From the NCBI GenBank assembly GCA_030390025.1, contig CM059431.1, forward strand, positions 104,534,001 to 104,598,000: a stretch of 64,000 bases of DNA, given 5' to 3'. The DNA is from Squalus acanthias. Taxonomy: Eukaryota. Positions 12,334 through 23,618 of this stretch are shown piece by piece (position 1 is the first letter of the stretch; each line of letters starts with the position of its first letter). The position numbers and the translations under genes were made by a program. The notes below the pieces were generated by a model. The model worked only from the letters and a program-made list of their open reading frames with translations, did no database searches and was not told the DNA's origin.

Positions 12334-13822
12334 ACCATGTCTGCAAAACTAAGGGGGTTTGTTTATCTCTGTTGTCTATCAAAGCAAATCCCATGTCCCT
12401 TATCAGTGAAACTTTATTTCACTTTGAAAAAAACCTTTTGGCCTGGCAAAGCATTTCAATATATATCGAAATTAAAAATTAAGTATTAAGGGTCTGTGTA
12501 TGCCTACAACAGGTAGTTTGTGACTTTGCCACACTGATCCCGAGCAATCCATACAGCATTACAGAATTAATTCATGTGCTTTGTAAACTAAATATGAACA
12601 TTGACCATGTTCTGATATTCGATAATACTGTCAAGATTTTTAACAATGCCTAATTGGCCCATGTATAATATTGTATTGGCTGAAATACAAATAATACTCT
12701 GAACAGTGGACTGAGCTAACGTTATTTTAAAATAATTTTTATGCTTAAATACACTCACAATGGATATACACTTTTATTTCAGGACCTCCAATCTATTTTT
12801 TGCAGCAAGGGGTATACACCCAGTCAAATAGCAATCAGTCTTCATTCGGGTACTGTTGTGTTTTTAAATCTATGTTTATCTTGTCATTCAAAAATGACTT
12901 TAACTTGATTTGTACAATTGCACAAACTACATTGTTGTGGCAGAATATCAATTATATCAAGTGTACTTATGAATATGCAATCAAGCTTGTATAAATGTGA
13001 CTCGAATCGAAAAAACAGCAAATGCTGGAAATACTCAGCAGGTCTTTCAGCAACTGAAAAGAGAAAAGACAGATTAAAAGGTGCGTGAAGCTTTGTCAGG
13101 ACTGTGCCAGTTATGATTTATTATTTATAAAGCTCTCATCACCACACCTGGCAATTGAGGTTCCCCAACGCCAGCTCATTGCCAGAACACTGCCCCACCG
13201 TGTTAATTGCAGGGGGCACCAGAGGTTGGAGGGACGACCTCCTCCAGACATGGAGCAGCCAGCAATAGAGTGATTTTGTGCCAGTTAAAATATCCTTGTT
13301 TATTACACTGCAGGATGCGTTATACAGCTCGGGCGGAGTTGTCAATGAGCTCCAAAGGAGTTTTCATCCATTAACTCCTGATATGTGCCCCTGATGCTTG
13401 AAGCTGGGAGTGTGAATTTGTAAAACATACCTTCCCAGGTCTGTCTCCTTAAAAATCCCGCAGCACTACAGCGGTAATATTGCTGGCTTCGTTTTTTTCT
13501 TTCACGATAACTAATTTTGATTTTTTTTCCCCCCTCAAAGATGACTCCTTCAGATCTGTACACTGAAGTATCCACCTTGAAATAGCCATACTGATGTCAA
13601 CGCTGGTAACATAAAAACATGATGCATGGAAAAGGCACAATTATAATCAATACCACAGATGCCAGTCTGATTCCAGCAGAGCTCATGAAGTGGGGCGAGA
13701 GAATAAATCATTTTAAAATAGGAGTGAATTAAAAATGATTTTCAAGGATTGTTGACTTCTGATGATGCCATCACCACTATGGATGCAGCTCAGGTGACTT
13801 TCCTTGATTTAGTTTCTCTAAG

Positions 13823-16090
13823 GTGTCAGCCGTGGCTCAGCGAGGCACACTCTTGCCTTCTGGGCCAGTAGGTTCTGGATTCACAATCCCACTCCAGGGG
13901 CTGGATTTTCTCAGTGGTGTCGGGATGGCGACGGGATAGCTGGTTACTGGGTTCCGGCCCTGTTCCTGGCTGCAGCCGCTCTGTCAAAGAGATTTTCCCT
14001 TGATTGGCCTTGTTAAGCCCGCCCTGTGGGCTTCCCGGCCAATTAACAAGCGGCGGGTCTGATGACGTCATTTGATGACGCGTCATCAGCCGGTTTCCTT
14101 AAAGGGACCATGGCCACATTGAGTTTGACAGTTGTTCGATCGGTGTTTGACAGCATTGAGGTGCTGCAAACATTGACAAGCACTGCACAAAGGTGGACGC
14201 TTTCACCCAAGCTCTCCAATGACTCCCTCCGTATGCTTAGGGAGGGAGTCACAGCACGCAGGGAGGTTCTCCTCCCTTCCAAGGACAGAAGAGACCTCCT
14301 CCAGGAAACCAACGCAGCCTGGTTGCACATTGCACAGGAGGGCAAAAGCAGGGATGTCGTCAGGGGTCCCTGGCTGCAGTGGCGCCAACCTTTCAATGAT
14401 CTCAGTGGATCACGAAACGTTACTGCAAAGCCACACTCAAACTCACCCTGCTGTGCCACTCAACACATCCCCATCATTCTGCTTTCCCTACCCTTCTACT
14501 GCACATCCTTACTCACACCAACTTACCTTGCACCTCCACCCATCCCTTTCTATCTACATTATCACATCCCCATCTCACTAGCCACCCCTCACACTCACCC
14601 TCATCCCAGTGCAATCATACCAACTAACAACACACAAGGGTAGGCACTTGAGAGGTTTAGCCAATGTCCATGTGCAGTTTCTGGTAATGTGTTGTCATAC
14701 AGTGAAATCTATATTTTCAACATAGCCCATTATTGGACAGATCTGTGCACACCTTGTCTTACTGAGTTCCAGTGAATGGTGAGACATAAATTCCGCCCCC
14801 CCCCCCCCCCCCCCCGCTATAGTGATGAGTGTGCATGGAATGGCTTGGACATTAAAGGGATGCTTCACGGTGCTGGTGTGGGATGGTGTCAACCTGGCGC
14901 ATCATGTGACAGCCAGGGTGTACCGCGTCAAGTGAAGTAAATCTGGCCATGGTGATGCCATCGCTGGCCTCCCGGGTAGCAATGTTGTCAGGGGCTGATG
15001 CCCTGTGTCCTGTGCAGAATCAGATGATGGCAGAGAAGGTTGGTGTTGTTCTTGGTGCTGCTGGTGTGCCTGGTGATGTTAGTGTTGGGGCTGAGCGTGG
15101 AAGGATTCAGAGGACCAAGGTGTGATTTTTCGAAGGGCACCGATGTTGCTGCAATAGATGGCAGCTGCAGGTGAGATGACAGAAGCGATCTGTCAATGGT
15201 GAGAGAGGTTGATCCAATGAGGTGGCACTGGACATACAGTTGGATCTAAAAACTAGCTAAAGAAATCTCTATTATGTCTTACAAATGCAGTAACCAACAG
15301 TTTCTGAGCTCTGAAACTGACCATCTGCAACATGGCATCCTTTTTACCACTTCTGCAGCTGTCAGCTTATCAGATATATAAGAGCAGACTCAACTCACGC
15401 CAGGGTGAGCTGGCGTGTTCCCTGAGCAGCCGGTAACCCATGGGGGAGCAGGTAAAATTGGAAGGAAGCCTCAAAATATCATTAAATTGGCTGTTAACAA
15501 GCCATTTAATGAGCTCAATCGTCTCCCCCGCCGCTTGGTGTCGGGTCAGTTCTCCGCTGACAGACCCGACACCTGGGAGACTCGCGTGGAGCTGGTTGAC
15601 AACGGGTTTCCTACCCGCTGTCAATCTTTGCTATTTTGACAGCGGACCTGCCTCCAAACCCAACCTCTGAGTGCCGGCAAAATCCAGCCCTAGACACTTG
15701 AGGACGTAATCCAGGCTGACAATCCCAGTGCAGTACCGAGGGAGCGCTGCACTGTCGGAGGTGCCGTCTTTTGGAATTAGACATTAAACCGTGGCCCCAT
15801 CTGCCCTCTCAGGTGGATGTAAAAGATCCCATGGCACTATTTTGAAGAAGAGCAGGGGAGTTATCCCCAGTGTCCTGGCCAATATTTATCCCTCAACCAA
15901 CATAACAAAAAACAGATTAATCGGTCATTATCTCATTGCTGTTTGTGGGAGCTTGCTGTGCACAAATTGGCTGCTGCATTTCCTACATTACAATGGTGCC
16001 CAAACTTCAAAAGTACTTCATTGGTTGTAAAGCACTTTGCCACGCCTTTGAGGTTGTGAAAGGCACTACACAAATTCAGGTCTGTCTTTC
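13823..16090 (+). mobile_element. DeuSINE split by the Harbinger insertion (13823-13897 plus 15691-16090)
   Basis: SINE sequence ...CCCACTCCAG resumes as AGACACTTGAG after the insertion. Confidence 0.8.
13898..15690. mobile_element. About 1.8-kb non-autonomous Harbinger element with a Myb/SANT remnant
   Basis: TIRs GGGCTGGATTTT/AAAATCCAGCCC, TSD CAG/TAG. ORF 14062-14643 contains PKLSNDSLRML.EGVTARREVL...AAWLHIAQE...QWRQPFNDL. Confidence 0.88.
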
Positions 16091-16492
16091 TTTAATCTGT
16101 CCCACTTGCTTTCCATTCAACTTGAGCTGCTCATCAGCACATACGTGCACTTAATGCTAAAGCATAATTTCAGTGACAAGCAAACTTTGGTTGGGGCCTA
16201 CACATTGGGTACTAATCAGTAGCCTTCCATCGCTGCAAGGAGAACACTGTGTGGTGGCTGATGTTAGTACAAAAGTGATTTTGGCCGCAGCATCAGTAAG
16301 AATGGAAATAGAACAGCTTAAAAAGTTGTCAGGAAGCTGAGCATCATTAAAGATTGCATGACTAACACTTCATCAAAGTTAGCGTTCGAATTTCTAGAGG
16401 CTAGTCATGGGGAATGCTTTACTCAGCACGGCAGTCCCAGTTCTGTATCTTATCTCCTTCCACACTGAACTACTCCCAGAGTTTCACGCTCT

Positions 16493-16744
16493 GGATTTGT
16501 TTTCATTAGAGGAAAGGAGGTTGAGGGGTGATTTGATAGAGGTGTACAAGATTATGACGGGTTTGGATAGGCTAGACAGGGAAAGGCTGTTCCCACTAGT
16601 TGATGGTACAAGGACTAGGGGACACAGATTTAAGGTTTTGGACAAGAGATACAGGGGGGGATGTGAGGAAAAAGTTTTTTACACAGCGAGTGGTGAGGAC
16701 CTGGAATTCGCTGCCAATGGAAGTGGTGGAAGCGGAGACACTCA
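16493..16744 (+). mobile_element. CR1 LINE 3' fragment
   Basis: Reads LFSLEERRLRGDLIEVYKI...TRGHRFKV...FFTQRVVRTWNSLP. Confidence 0.85.
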
Positions 16745-17052
16745 GGGCTGGATTTTTTCTTGGGGTCGGGTTGGGGTCGTGTAATCCGCATTTCGTGTTC
16801 CCCCCCCGACTCCAGATTAATGTGGATGCCTGATACAATTTTCACTTAATTGGGCAACTGAGTTGCAGCATGTGGGAACCCATGAACTAATTAGTGGTTT
16901 CAGTCTGAAACCCGCCTCTGATGATGTCATCATTGCTGACTGCCTGCTCTCAGAGATTGCCTGGCTACTGGTGAGAGACGACCTGTCTGCATTGCTTCTG
17001 ATGTGAGTAGACCTGGATGCAAATGAGAGAGACAGAGAATGAGAGAGAGAAT

Positions 17053-17083
<31 letters not shown>

Positions 17084-17706
17084 GCATCCAAGTCCTCTTA
17101 CACCAAATATCAGTAACGACTTTCACACCTAATACTACTACTACCTTCATCACATCTCCATTGTAATAGTGGACTTGCAGCCGATAGTCAGCTATCCATT
17201 TGTGCTCCCGCCAGGTTTCACTGGAGTGTTTCACACCAGGCGTGCTTCACGTCAAAAAAAGGTTAAACTAGCTACAACGTTTCAAAATAGCATTACAGAC
17301 CCAATTTAGGGCTTGTTAAGGGCTTTAATGGCCTCTCCCGCCTCTTGGAGGCGGGAGAGAGTCAGGAACCCCGCAACTGATTTTGTCAAAATTGCGTGGA
17401 GGTGGGATGGAGTCGGGATGGCGTCGGAAACCCCGACCCTGCAAATTTAACCCCCCACACGCCTCCAAACCCGACTCCATGGGTCATTCAAAATCTCTGA
17501 GAGCAGGCAGTCAGCAATGATGACATCATCAGAGGCGGGTTTCAAACTGAAACCACTAATTAGTTCATGGGTTCCCACATGCAGCAACTCAATTGCCCAA
17601 TTAAGTGAAAATTGCATCAGGCATCCACATTAATCTGGAGTCGGGGGGGGGAACACGAAATGCGGTTTACACGACCCCAACCCGACCCCAAGACAAAATC
17701 CAGCCC
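16745..17706. mobile_element. Fused pair of Harbinger-like MITEs forming about 214-bp inverted arms
   Basis: 16745-16958 is the reverse complement of 17492-17706. The body matches the 49655-50383 family. Confidence 0.8.
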
Positions 17707-18096
17707 TATGACTCTTGCAGAGCAAGAGATTGGCCCACCCACACAGTAGAGGGATTTATCTTTTCTTTCATTCCGCCTCACTGGTCTATAAGGATAGTTT
17801 CTTTTCTTCGAAGTCTCTGAAGGAGTAGAAACTAAAGTATCCACTTTTTCCAACAAAACAATACAAAGTTCGGAGTCGATGAAAAGAGGGGGGAAAGATC
17901 CCTCACTACCATGTGATGCAAACCTGCTGGAGAAAACCTGGCTGAGCTTTTTGCCTTCTATAACTTTTTTTGCTGGAAGTGCAATCAATTATTTTAGTGC
18001 AGTGGCTCAGAGATGGCAAAGAATAGAATTTACAAGCAGGCTGGGATCCCTCTGTGCATCAGGCAACCCACACAGCCAAAGCGTGTTTAGATGCCT

Positions 18097-18360
18097 GAGT
18101 GATACCCACCCTGCTGTATGCCTCAGAGACATAGACCATGTACAGCAGGCACCTCAAAGCACTGGAGAGGTACCACCAACGCTGCCTCCGCAAGATCCTG
18201 CAAATCCATTGGCAGGATAGGCGCACCAACGTCAGTGTTCTCGCGCAGGCCAACATCCCCAGCATCGAAGCTTTGAACACGCTCGATCAGCTCCGATGGA
18301 TGGGCCACATCGTCCGCATGTCTGATATGAGACTCCCAAAACAAGCGCTCTACTCGGACC
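18097..18360 (+). mobile_element. RTE-clade LINE fragment, 5' part of a split copy
   Basis: Reads YSRHLKALERYHQRCLRKILQIHWQDRRTN...QLRWMGHIVRM.D.RLPKQALYS. Confidence 0.8.
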
Positions 18361-18908
18361 TTTCCCCCCTCTTTTCATCGACTCCGAACTTTGTATCGTT
18401 TTGTTGGAAAAAGTGGATGCTTTAGTTTCTACTCCTTCGGAGACTTCGAAGAAAATAAACTATCCTTATAGACCAGTGAGGGGGAATGAAAGAAAAGATA
18501 AATCCCTCTACTGTGTGGGTGGGCCAATCTCTTGCTCTACAAGAATCATAGGGGGAAAAATTAGGTCGCGCACCGTTTGGGGCGCAAATATCGTCTGGAC
18601 GCAAAAATTAGCGCCTGGCGCTAATTATCGCCACTGACTGGAAACTTCACTTTTACCGCCCCGGGAGGTGAGTGGAGCGCTAAATCATGCGCTGCACACC
18701 TGTCTTAAGGCGCAAAGGCCGAGCAGTGAGGCGCTAACTCAGCGCGCGAGCGCAGCGCAGGTGCTGCCAGTTAGCGAGGGAACACAGACACACTGGCGCC
18801 AGCCAGTTCTTAAAGCGGGGGGGCCAACTTGCTCCCCAGCCACACCCTGCTCATTGCAGCCTTGAATCTCGGCCTGGAGAGACCTGTGAATCCATTTTGC
18901 TGCCAAGG

Positions 18909-20728
18909 ATGGAGAGGGTGAGAGAACGAGCTCAGCGCTTCATCGAGCGGGCCTTGGATGCTCTGGTTGGCGCGGTGGAGCGCAGAAGATCTATACTCTT
19001 CCCTGAGAGTGGCAGGAGGCCTTTGCCACGCGAGTACAGAAGAATGTGGAGGGAGGTGGCTCAGAGCGTCTCCTCCAGGAGCATGGTGCCCAGGACCCAT
19101 GTTCAATGCCGCAAAAAGTTCAACGACCTCACTCGGGTCGTCAGGGTGAGTGGCTTTTTCTCAATACCTCTCCATCCCTCCATCTCAACCTCACTCTAAG
19201 GCCAGAGGGTCTTAAAACCCCAATGCACAACACTCATCCAACACCTATGGCCCTTTCATGAAACACACACACACATTCCACACTTTGCATACAGTAAGGG
19301 CTATTCACCTATGGGAGGCACATCAGGCAAGACCATGGCTGCATACAGTAAGGGCTATTCACCTATGGGAGGCACATCAGGCAAGACCATGGCTGTATAT
19401 TTACTCAGATGCTGTCCTTTTTCTTGCAGGCCAAGCTGGCGCATAATAGGAGACAGCAACAACGGACAGGTGGAGGGCGGCTTCAGCTGCAACCCCTCAG
19501 CGATCTTGAGGAGCGCGTCCACAGGATTGTGGCAAGCCGGGTGATCGGTCCCGTCGCCACTGGAGATGCTGACCCCGTTCTGGACAGCAATGGTAAGGTC
19601 ATCACCTTTTTGTCCTCTGTCCTTCCACTTGTCCCTCACAACACCAGCCTTTGACACTTTCAATCCAACTTGCTAACTCGCTGCACTTATTCCTCCCTTA
19701 CTGCCACCCTGTCCTCACGCTAAAGCCACTCTTGTACCTCCCTGCTTTCAGATGGTGATTCACCAGCTGAGGAGACGGGCCCTGAAGCTGCCAGTGGGAG
19801 TGAAGCTGCAGCCGAGGAGGAAGAGGGAGCCGGAGCATCAGTGCCACCCTCTCCCGAGGAAGCCCATGCCCACACTGGGAATACGCCTTCCCTGGAGGGG
19901 AGCAGGGGGGAAGGGTCTGATGAGGGTGAAGCTCCAGGACCCAGCGGGCTGCAGCAACGCCATGGGGGTAGGGAAGAACGGGGGCCTTCTCCCCAGAGGG
20001 AGAATATGCCAGCGACTCCTACTGCAATGGACGCAGAGGAGGAGCGGCTGATCGCAGAAATGAACACCCAGGCGGTGGGCATGCACACTGAGCTCATGGG
20101 TGCAGTGGGAAGGGTGCCCGAATGCATTGAGTCACTGGCAAGGAGTGTGGAGCACTTCGATGTAACACAGGCGGATGCCACACTAAAGCTTAGTGCTGCA
20201 ATTCAGTCACTGACTGCCGTGATCCCATCTCTGACTGCTCTCATGCAGACTCAGATTGAGGCCACGCGAGCACTGACTGCTGCCAACCTCGATGGTTCGT
20301 TCACATGTCCCCGGGGCTCTCACCGCGCCGCAGCAGGCCAGCAATCTGTGCTCCAGCAGATTGCTCCGGATGCTGAAGTGCTGCCCCGTGGGAGTGCCAG
20401 TGTGTCGGTCGAGCAGGGAGTTGCTGTCCTCTCTCACGATGACAGCATTCCTGCTGCCAACACTGTCACTTCTCCACTGCACTTGCCACCGCCTGTAGGA
20501 CAGACTGCTGCCGCCCATGCAGAGTTGGTGCAGTCTGCAGCCGGGCCCTCCAGGCCCAGAACTGGTCGAGGCCGTCCTTCAGGGGCAGCTGCAGTGTCAG
20601 GGTCTGACAATCAGCAGCCTTCCACCAGCCTTGCTGCAGCCACTGAGGTCCCATTATGGAGGAGCAGTAGGGTTAGAAGGGGGGAAGTGCGCAAGGGAAG
20701 GAGATCACCCTCGAAGGGAAAAAAGTAG
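18909..20728 (+). CDS. Harbinger Myb/SANT-like DNA-binding protein; join(18909-19145,19430-19592,19752-20728), 458 aa
   Basis: Exon 1 has RAQRF...L.ALV.AVERRRSILF...MWREVAQSV...RTHVQCRKKFNDL. Exon 2 starts AKLAHNRRQQQRTGGG. Canonical sites GTGAGT/TTGCAG and GTAAGG/TTTCAG keep one open frame (237+163+977 nt). AATAAA near 20906. Confidence 0.88.
19286..19395 (+). repeat. Perfect 54-bp tandem duplication in Myb intron 1
   Basis: TGCATACAGTAAGGGCTATTCACCTATGGGAGGCACATCAGGCAAGACCATGGC occurs twice. Confidence 0.9.
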
Positions 20729-21040
20729 GAGGTGTGACAAAATGCTGGTCATTTTTTTATTAAAGGCCGAGGTTCGTGGTCCAACTTTTGTTTAGTGTTT
20801 TGGACATTATCTCCAGGTTGTGAGAACCAGTTATGTTAATGACTGTTTTTTTGTGTTTATTTCTATGAGTTTGTCATGAGGAAATGACACACACAGAGTT
20901 TGTAAAATAAATAAGTTTTTGTATTCAAAATATACATGTTTGGTGTTTGGAATCATTGGTGCCTTGGCCGGCTTAGGGGTTGCGTGCTGGGTTCATTGAT
21001 GTTGTTAGCAATGGCAGAAGCCATTTCCACAGCAGGGGCC

Positions 21041-22201
21041 CTAGAAGCAGCTTGCTATCAGCCGTTGACGGACGGCCCTTGCAGTTTCACCATTGTGGGC
21101 CGCCCTCCCGCCTTGGTGCTGCTGATGATCATCCTCCTCGTCCTCTTCCTCCTCTTCCTCCTCCTCCTCTGGTGGTGCTCCAAGGCCTGGTGGCATTGGC
21201 TGGGTCCTGAGGATTGCCATGTTATGCAACATGCAGCACACAACTACGAAGTTGGATACTCGCTCAGGCGAGTACTGCAGGGCTCCTCCAGAATGGTCGA
21301 GACAGCGGAACCGTTGCTTCAGCACGCCGATTGTGCGCTCAATGATGTTCCTGGTAGCTTGATGGCTCTCGTTGTACCGCAGCTCAGCAGGGGTGTTGGG
21401 CGTACGGAGCGGTGTCATCAGCCAGGTGCTCAATGGATACCCCTTGTCCCCGAGAAGCCAACCAACTGGCTGATGCGGTGCCTCGAAAAGTTCTGCCACA
21501 GTAGTCTGGCGCAGGATGAAAGCATCGTGGCAGCTGCCAGGATAGTGGGCATTGACAGCGAGTATCAGCTGTCTGTGGTCACAGACCAACTGAACATTCA
21601 AGGAATGGAACCCCTTTCTGTTCCGGAAATCCTCGGCATTGTCATGTGGAGCACGCAAAGCCACATGCGTGCAGTCAATGGCGCCCTGCACCATGGGGAA
21701 GCCCGCTATCCTCACAAAGCCCAGAGCGCGGTCACGCTGCTTTTCTAGGGTCATGGGGAAAGAGATGAACTCTCGTCTCCTTTTAAATAGGGCATTTGTG
21801 GCCTGCCGGATGCAGCAATGCACCGCGAACTGGGAGATATTGGCGAGGTCCCCAGCAGCAGCTTGAAATGAGCCAGTAGCATAGAAGTTGAGAGCCACTG
21901 TGACCTTCACTGCCACCGACAGAGACGTCCTGGACTTCAGTTGAGGCTGCAGATCTGGCTGCAGCAGGTGGCAGAGCTCAGTGACCACCTCCTTGCTGAA
22001 TCGCAGCCTTCGCAAACACAGCTCCTCAGACATATGAATGTAGGAGAGCTGTTCACGATATACCCTGGGAGGGTAAGCTCTCCTGTACAGACGCCTGTTG
22101 GCCCTCCTCCGTCTGGCCATCATTGCCACTCTCTCTCTGCGTCTCTGTGTCCTCCGATTCAGCTGGAGCAGGACGACGCCCCAATTCAGTGCAGCCCCCA
22201 T
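21041..22201 (-). CDS. Harbinger DDE transposase (HARBI1-like family), 386 aa from the first ATG
   Basis: Uninterrupted ORF with LRFSKE, ALNFYATGS, GAIDCTHV (D), FRNRKG.HSLNVQLVCD, PGSCHDA, LLGDKGY (D), RNIIERTIGVLKQRFRCL (E), CCMLHN. Confidence 0.95.
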   Translation of the reverse strand: MGAALNWGVVLLQLNRRTQRRRERVAMMARRRRANRRLYRRAYPPRVYREQLSYIHMSEELCLRRLRFSKEVVTELCHLLQPDLQPQLKSRTSLSVAVKVTVALNFYATGSFQAAAGDLANISQFAVHCCIRQATNALFKRRREFISFPMTLEKQRDRALGFVRIAGFPMVQGAIDCTHVALRAPHDNAEDFRNRKGFHSLNVQLVCDHRQLILAVNAHYPGSCHDAFILRQTTVAELFEAPHQPVGWLLGDKGYPLSTWLMTPLRTPNTPAELRYNESHQATRNIIERTIGVLKQRFRCLDHSGGALQYSPERVSNFVVVCCMLHNMAILRTQPMPPGLGAPPEEEEEEEEEDEEDDHQQHQGGRAAHNGETARAVRQRLIASCF

Positions 22202-22389
22202 AGTCTCTTTGCAAGCAAAGTTATGAAGGACAGCAACCAAAGTACCAGCGAAGTTAGGATCAGTAGGCAACACTACCTCACAAAGCGTTGACTTAATGCA
22301 GAAGTCTCTCTTTCTCTCTCTCCGAATCTCTCTCTCTCTCTCAGAACGAGTGGTGCAAAAATGTCAACCACAGAAAAAGACAGGAAGAG

Positions 22390-22545
22390 GCCCCCTTTAA
22401 ATAGCGCCCCCCCCAGCCCCACAGCGATTGATAGCGTTCCAGTCTTCCGGTCGTTGGATGCGCCAGGCGGTAAGGCAGGGGGCGCCACTCAATTTCCGCT
22501 CCGGGGCGCCACAAGGGCGTTGCACCATGGAATGACGTCACAATC
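22390..22545 (-). promoter_or_regulatory. Putative transposase promoter
   Basis: Minus-strand TATTTAAA near 22395-22402 and a TGACGTCA palindrome at 22533-22540. Both are retained in the derivatives at 22724 and 59211. Confidence 0.45.
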
Positions 22546-22723
22546 TGCGCGCGCAGGTGGTCGCGGCGGTAAAGTTTAGCGCCGCCGCACAATGTCTAGT
22601 AAAGTTCCCGAGCGGCGCAAACATCGCTGCGCCCGGGCGCTAGCAGCTTTGCGCCCCATTAGCGCCCTCTTAAGGCGCTAACGGGAGGCGCAACCAACTG
22701 AATTTTTCCCCCATAGAGTCATA

Positions 22724-23618
22724 GGGGGAGAAATTCAGTATCACCCCATTTGGGGCGCAATTATCGGCCGGGCGCAAAGATTAGCGCCTGGCGCTAATTA
22801 TCGCCACCGACTGCAAACTTGACTTTTATCGCCCCTGGAGGTGATTGCAGCGCTAAATCAGGCGCTTCACACCTGTCTTAAGGCGCAAAGGCCGAGGAGC
22901 GAGGCGCTACCTCAGAGCGCTGGCGAAGCTCATGTAATGTCAGTCAGCAATGGAACACACACACAATGGCACGGGTCAGTTCTTAAAGGGGATGGTTGAT
23001 CTTGCTTTCCATCCACATCCTGCTCATTGCAGCCTTGAATCTCGGCCTGGAGAGACCTGCACATCAAATCTGCTAGAAAGAACAATGGAGAGTACCAGGC
23101 AAAGAGCTCAGAGTGCAGCCCCCACAATCTCTTCTAAATCGATGCAAGGAATGGCAAATCAAAATGAACCTGCAAAGTGCTGCTCAGCACCCAAAACTCC
23201 TTCTCACAACGTTGAATCTCTCCAGAAGTCTCTCTCTCTCTCTCTCTCAGAATGCGTAGCTCAAAAATGGCACCAACAATAAAAGGCAGGAGGCGGTCAC
23301 CTTTAAATAGCGCTCCCCCTTTCCCTTCATGACTGCAGAACGCTCCCCTCAACCTGTCGTTGCTAGCATCAGGCGGTAAGGCAGGGGGCGCCACTCAATA
23401 TCCGCTCCGGGGCGATACCGGGTTGTTGCGCACTCGACTGACGTCACGATCTGCCGGCGCAGGAGATCGTGGCGGTAGTGTTTAGCGCTGCCGCAAAATG
23501 TCTAGTTAATTTCGCAAGCGGCGCAAACTTCGCCGCGTCTGGGCGCTAGATGCTTTGCGTCCCATTAGCGCCCTCTTAAGGCGCTAACGGGAGGCGCAAC
23601 CAACTGAATTTTTCCCCC
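22724..23618. mobile_element. Non-autonomous internal-deletion relative of the autonomous Harbinger (895 bp)
   Basis: TIRs GGGGGAGAAATTCAGT/ACTGAATTTTTCCCCC, TSD ATA. Both ends align with the ends of 18551-22712. Confidence 0.92.

Larger units (their letters stand above)
18551..22712. mobile_element. Autonomous PIF/Harbinger DNA transposon, 4162 bp, apparently intact
   Basis: Perfect 12-bp TIRs GGGGGAAAAATT/AATTTTTCCCCC, 3-bp TSD ATA, GC-rich subterminal regions, convergent Myb/SANT and DDE transposase genes. Confidence 0.95.

Noticed and set aside
13090..13640. Coding-like unique stretch on the minus strand
   Set aside because: Short broken frames, no recognisable domain and no convincing splice sites.
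20936..21748. 270-aa plus-strand ORF with a hydrophobic stretch
   Set aside because: Antisense shadow of the transposase. The Leu run mirrors the poly-Glu codons.
21041..22273. Domesticated host HARBI1 gene
   Set aside because: It lies between TIRs and a TSD with a Myb partner, so it is a transposon gene. The ORF-track start at 22273 is non-ATG.
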